The notes under the pieces are model-generated. The model saw only the letters and a program-made list of their open reading frames with translations, made no database searches and was not told the origin of the DNA. A DNA stretch of 64,000 nucleotides from a virus, in the IMG/VR virus record IMGVR_UViG_3300035698_020047, positions 18,081-82,080 of that record. One strand, given 5' to 3'. This document shows, in pieces, positions 57,254 through 64,000 of this stretch. The translations under genes were made by a program, and so were the position numbers. Numbering within the stretch: position 1 is the first letter of the stretch; each line of letters begins with the position of its first letter.

Positions 57254-58319
57254 ACGTCCAATAATACTTGAGTCATGGCTTTCGCCGGGCGACATAGTAG
57301 TTATGACGGCGGCTGTACGCGACCTTCACTTAAATTACCCAAATCGCTATATTACCGAAGTGAGAACCTCGGCTGGGCAGATATGGGAGAATAATAAGTA
57401 TATCACTGAAATTAACCGCGATGCTGACGAAGTTGAGGTTGTGAGTGAGTACAAGGTCATAGAAGACGGCGAAGAGAAGATCAAGCTCACTGACGTCAAA
57501 AAGGTTAGGCGTGATCTCAATAAGGTGTGGAAACAGGGGAAAGTCCCTAGAGTTAAGATTCATTACCCATTAATTCATAGGTCAGGCACGGGCCCTAGCC
57601 ACTTCACAGAGGGATATACCGATTATTTAGAACAGATCTTCGATGTGCGGCTTCGCGATAGATTGATGCAGGGCCACGTAGAAGTTTCTGATGACGAGAA
57701 ATCGTGGGTTTCACAGATTCACGAGGCCACTGGTGTCGATGACTACTTCTGGATTGTTGTAAATGGAGGGAAGACTGATTTCACGGCGAAGTGGTGGGAT
57801 CCAGTAAGAATGCAACGAGTTGTGAGCAGTCTCCCCAATATGTTATTCGTTCAGGTAGGGCAAAAAGAGCATTACCACGTCGAGTTACAAGGTAACAACG
57901 TGGTGAACCTTATTGGCAAGACCGACATGCGTCAGCTTATTAGGCTGGTTTATAATAGTAGTGGTGTTATATGTCCGGTGACACTCATGATGCACCTTGC
58001 CGCTGCTGTGCCAGTGCGATCGGATAAATGCTACGGACGCGCTAGCCGCCCGTGTGTAGTTATAGCTGGCGGACGGGAGCCGGCGGCGTGGGAGGCGTAT
58101 ACGCATCACTCATACCTCCACACTTGTGGGATGCTCCCATGCTGCGACGTTGGCGGTTGCTGGAAGGCGAGGGCAGAGCCAATCGGGGACGGGGATGAAA
58201 AAGATGAATCACTCTGTCTGCATCCGGAAGCTACTGAGAATGGGGTTATTATACCGAAGTGTCTCAAGATGATTGGTGTTGACGATGTAATCCGCGCAGT
58301 CAAAAACTACTTACCGTAG
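57123..58319 (+). CDS. Glycosyltransferase family 9-like (heptosyltransferase-like)
   Basis: SPGD.V..TAAVRDLH, K.W, NL.GKT..RQLI.L, MHLAAA. Confidence 0.75.
   Translation: MTESKKPKSELTKPKPKAKPKPKQKAKPKPKPKTSGHSQTTPDKRPIILESWLSPGDIVVMTAAVRDLHLNYPNRYITEVRTSAGQIWENNKYITEINRDADEVEVVSEYKVIEDGEEKIKLTDVKKVRRDLNKVWKQGKVPRVKIHYPLIHRSGTGPSHFTEGYTDYLEQIFDVRLRDRLMQGHVEVSDDEKSWVSQIHEATGVDDYFWIVVNGGKTDFTAKWWDPVRMQRVVSSLPNMLFVQVGQKEHYHVELQGNNVVNLIGKTDMRQLIRLVYNSSGVICPVTLMMHLAAAVPVRSDKCYGRASRPCVVIAGGREPAAWEAYTHHSYLHTCGMLPCCDVGGCWKARAEPIGDGDEKDESLCLHPEATENGVIIPKCLKMIGVDDVIRAVKNYLP
57157..57222 (+). repeat. 6/24-bp tandem repeat read in two overlapping frames
   Basis: CCAAGC/CAAAAC-type units encode QAKAKG.. 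in one frame and KPKPK.. in the other. Confidence 0.75.
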
Positions 58320-58332
58320 TAAAGGAAGCAGC

Positions 58333-59391
58333 ATGCGAATAGGAATTTTTTCAAAATACGATATGTGCGGCGGCTCCGAGCTGAGGTGCATAGAGATGGC
58401 GAATGCTATCTCCAAATACACAAGCCACACGCCTGTTATATTGTGCGAAAAAACTTTATCTAAGAGGATAAACAGTTACATAAACGACGGAATAGAAGTC
58501 GTAGAAAACGTTTTCCTTCCAAATCCCACCAACTTAGATGCTCTTTATTCTGTGGATTCAATTCTCATAGTCAACACAGATAGCAGAGACTTTTCCAAGT
58601 TGGACTATTGGGAAGGGAAGACATCTCGGCACAATGTAGAGGCAGATATATCCAGAATACCACAGATGGTTTTCCTATATAACTTCCTGGTAAGCCCATC
58701 GAAGCACTTGCACGCTATCGCTGAAAAGTGCGATGTCAGAATTATAACGACGAACAAGAAATTCTTTGAGGAGATTACTAAACAAGATCGATATGAGGGA
58801 GTGAGACATCTGCCAAGGATGATTTTGGAGAGTCCGATAAACACTGATAATATAAGTTCCACAAAAACCGAATGCGGCAAGATAAGGATTGGCAGGCATT
58901 CGCTGTCGGCTGAGTCGAAATTTAACAGAGAAACTGTAGATCTAATAAAGATGGTGAACAAGAGATACGAGGATAAAGTCCAGTGGGATTTTATGGGGGT
59001 CCCGGATCGTGAGATGAAAGATCTACAAATTGGCAACGTTACTGTTAGAAAAGCTTTCTCCAAGCCTGTTCCTGATTACTTGAATGATATTGATATCTTT
59101 TTATTCTTTGTTTCTTGGAGTAGAGAAGAGCCGTGGTCTCGCGCCGTCGCAGAAGCGATTGCGAGTGGTTGCCCGGTATTGGCAACAGATAAGGGTGGGA
59201 ATAAAGACCAAGTTGTTCATGGCAACAATGGATTCTTATGTAAAGAGACAAAGGATTTTTATAAGCACATTGTATACTTGATGGAGCATCAAGAGAAGAT
59301 CCAAGAGATGGGACAGAATAGTATGCTTTATTCTAGATTCTTCTCCTCAAAATGTGTTGTTGAGAAATTTATCAAGTTTATAGGAAAATGA
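58333..59391 (+). CDS. Glycosyltransferase family 4 (GT-B)
   Basis: GGSE, E.W.R...EA.ASG.PV.ATD.GG..D.V.HG.NGFL. Confidence 0.88.
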   Translation: MRIGIFSKYDMCGGSELRCIEMANAISKYTSHTPVILCEKTLSKRINSYINDGIEVVENVFLPNPTNLDALYSVDSILIVNTDSRDFSKLDYWEGKTSRHNVEADISRIPQMVFLYNFLVSPSKHLHAIAEKCDVRIITTNKKFFEEITKQDRYEGVRHLPRMILESPINTDNISSTKTECGKIRIGRHSLSAESKFNRETVDLIKMVNKRYEDKVQWDFMGVPDREMKDLQIGNVTVRKAFSKPVPDYLNDIDIFLFFVSWSREEPWSRAVAEAIASGCPVLATDKGGNKDQVVHGNNGFLCKETKDFYKHIVYLMEHQEKIQEMGQNSMLYSRFFSSKCVVEKFIKFIGK

Positions 59392-60521
59392 AAAATATAA
59401 TTGTTTGTAACGTCTCAGAGGAGAAGCATTTTAAACAATATGAGGGGTATGTTAAAGCTCAGATAGATAATAGCCTTTCTTTCGGGTGGGATAAAGAAGA
59501 TATTATCTTGGTTGCAAATTTCCCCTACACATATAGGGGTATTGAAGCCATAGTTTCAGATTTCGACTGCGATTTCTGTTTAACTGGCAGTAAAACGTTT
59601 GCGATTGTGAAATTATTTGAGCTGGGTCTTATTCAAGAGAACGCCTGGCTGCACGACTTAGATGTGTGGCAGACATCTAAAATTGACTTTCCTGAGATGC
59701 TAGATATTGGAATGGCAAGGTACATTGGTCGCTGGCAGGGCGGTAGCGTGTTTTTAAAGCCGAGCTCGGGAGATATCTTCTCAAGGATAGCGGACGAGAT
59801 AAGAAAGCAACAGGCTGGCAAAGAAGAACCGATAATTAAGGAAGTTCTGAGAATTAAAGAGTATGGGGATCGCGTCACGAGGATAGACAACTCATATAAT
59901 GTTGGTGCTACTGGTTTTGAAAAGAGGTACAACCAAAGCCAAAAACCAATAAGAGCAGTACATATGCACCCACAGCGCGGTTCAGACCACAATCGAAATA
60001 TAGCCGGGATGAACAGATTAGGGGTTAGAACTGTTGGTAGTTGTTTGCTAGACATATTTTCGGAATATTTTGGTTTGTCTGGGGATTTGATAAAAGATGC
60101 CTCAATAGATGTGAGTGTGGACAATTCTGATTACGAAATAAGAGGCTTGTGCGCCGAAGCAGAATTTCACACTAATAGAAAGTTCAGCTTTACAGAGATT
60201 CCAGATGTCTTATTGGGAAGAAAGTTTTTGGCACTGCCACACAAAAAGAAGGTATCTATCGATATCACTGCCACCAGCCCTGGGATTTTTGAGATTGGGC
60301 TCTGCGATGAGCATGAAGAAATAATATCTAGTTTTAAGGAATATTATGAGATGGAGCATATTCCACTTAAAACGGATTATAGAGACGCAAAGAAGATTAG
60401 GCTGTTTAGGAAGTTTTTTGAAAAAGGCGAAACCCTTAGATTAAAACATAAATGGCGTGTTAACCCTATCATGATCGCAAATGAGATAACTTGTAGGAAA
60501 AATAATGGCTATATGGAATGA
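59388..60521 (+). CDS. Putative GT-A glycosyltransferase-like protein
   Basis: W.HDLD (DxD), YN, VH.H; paralog of 62176-62982. Confidence 0.5.
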   Translation: MKNIIVCNVSEEKHFKQYEGYVKAQIDNSLSFGWDKEDIILVANFPYTYRGIEAIVSDFDCDFCLTGSKTFAIVKLFELGLIQENAWLHDLDVWQTSKIDFPEMLDIGMARYIGRWQGGSVFLKPSSGDIFSRIADEIRKQQAGKEEPIIKEVLRIKEYGDRVTRIDNSYNVGATGFEKRYNQSQKPIRAVHMHPQRGSDHNRNIAGMNRLGVRTVGSCLLDIFSEYFGLSGDLIKDASIDVSVDNSDYEIRGLCAEAEFHTNRKFSFTEIPDVLLGRKFLALPHKKKVSIDITATSPGIFEIGLCDEHEEIISSFKEYYEMEHIPLKTDYRDAKKIRLFRKFFEKGETLRLKHKWRVNPIMIANEITCRKNNGYME

Positions 60522-61308
60522 TTACAATTGGGATATATGGAACGACAAGAAAGCACCTCTTCCAGAGTTTCCATCGAGATATAGGAAGATATCGCTTTGT
60601 ACAACATGCATGAATAGGGCTGAAAATTTGAAGGCGACGCTTCCTAAAAACATAGAAGACAATAAAAGTTACCCTAACCTAGAATTTGTCATTCTAGATT
60701 ATAATAGCACAGACGATCTGCGGCAGTGGATGCGGCAGAATATGATGGACCATATTGAACGTGGAAGGGTTGTTTATTGTCACACTAGAGAACCTAAATA
60801 CTATCAGATGGGCCATTCTCGTAATGTTGCTTTCAAATTAGCATCAGGAGACATAATTAATAGCGTAGATGCTGATAATTATATAAACGAAGGGTTCGCT
60901 GATGTCTTAAATAAGATGGCAGATGTGTGTCCTTCAAAAGGTGTTTTTTGTAAAGGCAAAAGATCGATGCATGGCCGCATAGGCTTTTATAGGGATGAAT
61001 TTTTGGCTCTTGGCGGATATGATGAAGACTTAATTGGGTATGGGTTTGATGATCACAATCTTGTCTATAGAGCTATGGCTAGCGGCTATAAAATGATGTG
61101 GTGGGGAGGGAAGTATTGCGATAGGATAAAAACAGATAGGAAAGATGTTACAACTAATATAGAGAGTAAAAGTTGGAAAGCAACAGAAAAGATAAATAAA
61201 GAAATAACTTTTAATAAGTTAGAAGCGGAGGAGTTTGTAGCAAATCAGGATCGGCATTGGGGAAAGGCGAGAGTCACAAAAAACTTTGGGCCTATGATGG
61301 ATATTTAA
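60505..61308 (+). CDS. Glycosyltransferase family 2
   Basis: ILDYNSTD, RN.....A.GD....VDAD, GGYDE...GYG.DD..L..R. Confidence 0.85.
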   Translation: MAIWNDYNWDIWNDKKAPLPEFPSRYRKISLCTTCMNRAENLKATLPKNIEDNKSYPNLEFVILDYNSTDDLRQWMRQNMMDHIERGRVVYCHTREPKYYQMGHSRNVAFKLASGDIINSVDADNYINEGFADVLNKMADVCPSKGVFCKGKRSMHGRIGFYRDEFLALGGYDEDLIGYGFDDHNLVYRAMASGYKMMWWGGKYCDRIKTDRKDVTTNIESKSWKATEKINKEITFNKLEAEEFVANQDRHWGKARVTKNFGPMMDI

Positions 61309-62166
61309 ATGGCCACATATGACAATTTGGGGAAAGTGGGTAAACACATTACTGCATTTGGTCTATCTAGATCTGGCAATCATTGCATTTTTAATTGGAT
61401 AATAAATAATTATGTAAAGAATGGTATGGGTCCAGTTTGGTATCTGAATGGTTGTAGGAGTGGGTATGGGGATATATATTCCAAAGAATGTATTGTTTAT
61501 GACGGATTGGGCACAAAAAAGCTTAGCAGGAGAGGCGTTAGTGCGGAAGTTAAGTCGTCGTCAGATAAGCCAATATTATTCACATCTTTCGAAAACTTGC
61601 CCCACATAATGGATTTCGAAAACAAAACATCATACTTTAATTATAATTTAAGTAACAGTACTATAAAAGACGAATTTACTATTCATATTCTGCGTGATCC
61701 ATTCAATTTATTGGCTACTTATATGAAGCACCCTCCACGTCTGGGCCAGCCCAAAAAGTGGCAAGAATCAATTGATTTGTGGAAGTATCACGCTAAACAG
61801 GTTCTAGGCTACAAAAAATATCTGATAGAGCCGATAACTACAATTCTTTACAATAAATGGAAAAAAGATAAGTCCTATCGCAAGTCAATCGTATCCAGCT
61901 TTGGGATTAAAAATTATTGCGATTCCGTTGATTTTGTGCCTAGCTACGGCGCAGGTAGCTCATTTGACGGCTTTGACTTTCAAGGAAAGGGAAGCCAAAT
62001 GAAGACGTTGGAACGTTGGAAGACTTGCAGAGAAAATGAATGGTACATAGATCAAATTAGGCAAGACGAAGTTCTGGACCTATCGGCGGAAATATTTCCA
62101 GAATTAACGCAAAAAATTCGCAGGCATATAAGCAAGTTTGACAAGCATAAAACATTTAATTGTTAA
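61309..62166 (+). CDS. Sulfotransferase-like (P-loop) protein
   Basis: GL.RSGNH and LRDPFN PAPS-binding-like motifs. Confidence 0.6.
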   Translation: MATYDNLGKVGKHITAFGLSRSGNHCIFNWIINNYVKNGMGPVWYLNGCRSGYGDIYSKECIVYDGLGTKKLSRRGVSAEVKSSSDKPILFTSFENLPHIMDFENKTSYFNYNLSNSTIKDEFTIHILRDPFNLLATYMKHPPRLGQPKKWQESIDLWKYHAKQVLGYKKYLIEPITTILYNKWKKDKSYRKSIVSSFGIKNYCDSVDFVPSYGAGSSFDGFDFQGKGSQMKTLERWKTCRENEWYIDQIRQDEVLDLSAEIFPELTQKIRRHISKFDKHKTFNC

Positions 62167-62175
62167 AGATAACTT

Positions 62176-62982
62176 ATGAAAAACTTAATGATATATATAG
62201 ATCAAACCGGCCAAGGCGGGTTTAGTAGAGCGTGCAACAATGAAGCTCTTAGGATGGCTAGGGTTCAAATAGACAATAGCCTGGATTTGGGATGGAAACA
62301 CGACGACATAATGATAGTGACAAACTTTGAATTTGAGCACAATGGAGTCAAGGCCATTGCATTGCCAAATTGCGAGGAAATCTGCTGTAAATATCGCAAA
62401 AGATATGGTTGGATACAAGCTAAGACGTGGGTCACGCCCATACTTTTTGAGCGTTCTATCTTGCCAGCCGACGAAGAATTTTGGCTGCACGACTTTGATG
62501 CTTTTCAGGTACATCCATTCACAGATACTGGTTCGGCAGATGTGAGGTTGACAACGTTCGGATTTAAAGATTTGGCTAATGGCGGCTCTACGTTTTTCAA
62601 GTCTAGCGCGTGGGATTTATTCCAAATAGCTAAAAACAATCTTATAAAGAATCAAACTCTTTTAGTACGGCATGGCGAGAATATAAAGTATAATGAAGAG
62701 TTCGCATGGGAGGATGTGTGGGAGGATGAAGTGCATAGGCCTAGGATGGAAAAACTTAATTTAACATTTAATTATGGCATGCGCTTCAAACATTTCAACC
62801 AGATGTGGCCAAAAGCAGACAAACCTATTCTAGTGGCACATTTTCATCTTGAAAAGAAGATAATAGTAGATGGATATCATCTTTACAGGGCATTTTGCGA
62901 AGGCGAGAATCCTGGTGGCGTTGAGATAGTTAATGGAAGATTAAAGAAGATACTCAACGATCACGGATTTTGTGGAAAGTAG
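62176..62982 (+). CDS. Putative GT-A glycosyltransferase-like protein
   Basis: QIDNSL..GW..DI..V.NF, W.HDFD, GGS.F.K shared with the 59388 gene. Confidence 0.5.
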   Translation: MKNLMIYIDQTGQGGFSRACNNEALRMARVQIDNSLDLGWKHDDIMIVTNFEFEHNGVKAIALPNCEEICCKYRKRYGWIQAKTWVTPILFERSILPADEEFWLHDFDAFQVHPFTDTGSADVRLTTFGFKDLANGGSTFFKSSAWDLFQIAKNNLIKNQTLLVRHGENIKYNEEFAWEDVWEDEVHRPRMEKLNLTFNYGMRFKHFNQMWPKADKPILVAHFHLEKKIIVDGYHLYRAFCEGENPGGVEIVNGRLKKILNDHGFCGK

Positions 62983-62984
62983 TA

Positions 62985-63567
62985 TTAATTTCGTCGGAAG
63001 ATCATTAAGTTCGCCTTTACCCATTCTGGAATTTGTGTTCTCCACCCATTCCACGTTTTGATCGTTTTATTAACGTCTTTCTCCAAATACGTGAACCCTC
63101 GAGCCTTTATGTTATCTATCCAAGATTGTTTTGGTCTGCAATTAATATGGCCTCTCCCTGCTTGCCCAGGAGGTGCTGCTGTTAGTATTATGTATCGCTC
63201 CGCAGTTGTTAAATTTTTGATGAATTGCTCAGTACCCTCCGGCTTTATGTGCTCTGCGGCTTCAAAGGACCAAGCACAATCGAACTTCCCCATGTTGATT
63301 GGGTCTGTTATGTCTTTGCCGAAGATATAAGGCACAATTCTATAAGGCATATAATCTTTGGCGACTTCGTAGTTTATCTCCAAACCGGCAACGCGGGTTA
63401 GGCCACAATCCAAGCCCCCCTCCAAGAAGGAGCCTATGCCGCAACCGTAGTCGATCATCGATGTTATTCCATACCGCTTTATGATCTCTTTGGCGACATA
63501 GATTTCCCAACGACGAAACTTTTCAAGATGCCAACGGTAGTATGCCGAATCATATCCTTTGCCCATA
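62985..63567 (-). CDS. Class I SAM-dependent methyltransferase
   Basis: DYGCGIG, FD...S.E.AEH, TAAPPGQ.G..HIN. Confidence 0.88.
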
Positions 63568-63661
63568 TCATTTACCTTACGCAATAGCCAATGTAAGTTT
63601 GCGGCGGTTTACTGCGTACATAGAGTTATTCACAATTCATAGAATTTAACAGGAACATACA

Positions 63662-64000
63662 ATGACAAGACGACTAGCATTTAACACGCAACAATCACCT
63701 GAAGTACGAGACAAGTTGCGGGCCGGCATTCAGCAACTCGCGGATGCTGTCAGAATAACACTTGGCCCCTCAGGTCGTGTTGTCATGTATGAACGTGAGT
63801 TTGGTGATCCGGCCATTACTAAGGATGGTGTTACTGTAGCCAGACAGGTCACATCGCCCGATACGTTTGAAGACATGGCCAGTGGCTTTAAGCTGATGTG
63901 GTGGGGAGGAAAGTACTGTAAGAGGATTAAAACAGATAGGAAGGACATTACAACGAATATGATCCACAAAAACTGGAGGGCAACAGAAGAGATAAACAAA
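63662..64000 (+). CDS. GroEL N-terminus fused in frame to a GT2 C-terminal segment (runs off window)
   Basis: [33 protein letters not shown], then [14 protein letters not shown].. Confidence 0.8.
   Translation, partial: MTRRLAFNTQQSPEVRDKLRAGIQQLADAVRITLGPSGRVVMYEREFGDPAITKDGVTVARQVTSPDTFEDMASGFKLMWWGGKYCKRIKTDRKDITTNMIHKNWRATEEINK

Noticed and set aside
61075-64000. GT2/GroEL-chimera similarity as a DGR template/variable repeat pair
   Set aside because: Differences are mostly third-position, not adenine-specific, and there is no reverse transcriptase in the window
1-64000. Alternative genetic code (stop-codon reassignment)
   Set aside because: Core genes are full length under the standard code, with TAA, TAG and TGA all used as stops

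Overview
Core structural region of a large T4-like myophage, followed by an accessory region. The tail/baseplate module covers sheath, three tube paralogs, chaperone pair, hub, tape measure and gp53/gp5/gp25/gp6-like genes. The head module covers an inverted large terminase, portal, prohead protease, scaffold and gp23-like major capsid. A primase, DNA methyltransferase, UvsW-like helicase and gp55-like sigma are interspersed. Accessory genes include apt, dCMP deaminase, a ferritin-like protein, proteases, two more sigma-like genes and a glycosyl/sulfo/methyl-transferase cluster. The most striking item is at about 49.4-50.75 kb: an uncharacterised 245-aa helical protein directly followed by a ~500-nt non-coding structured RNA. 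The RNA has two long arms, each tipped by a circularly permuted tRNA mimic (T-arm, acceptor hairpin closed by a loop, D-arm), and ends in an intrinsic terminator. Also seen: two candidate promoter motifs that give leaderless starts, a GroEL/glycosyltransferase chimera at the window end, a small protein carrying a major-capsid segment, and a likely tail-chaperone frameshift. All calls come from reading motifs by eye; no searches were run.
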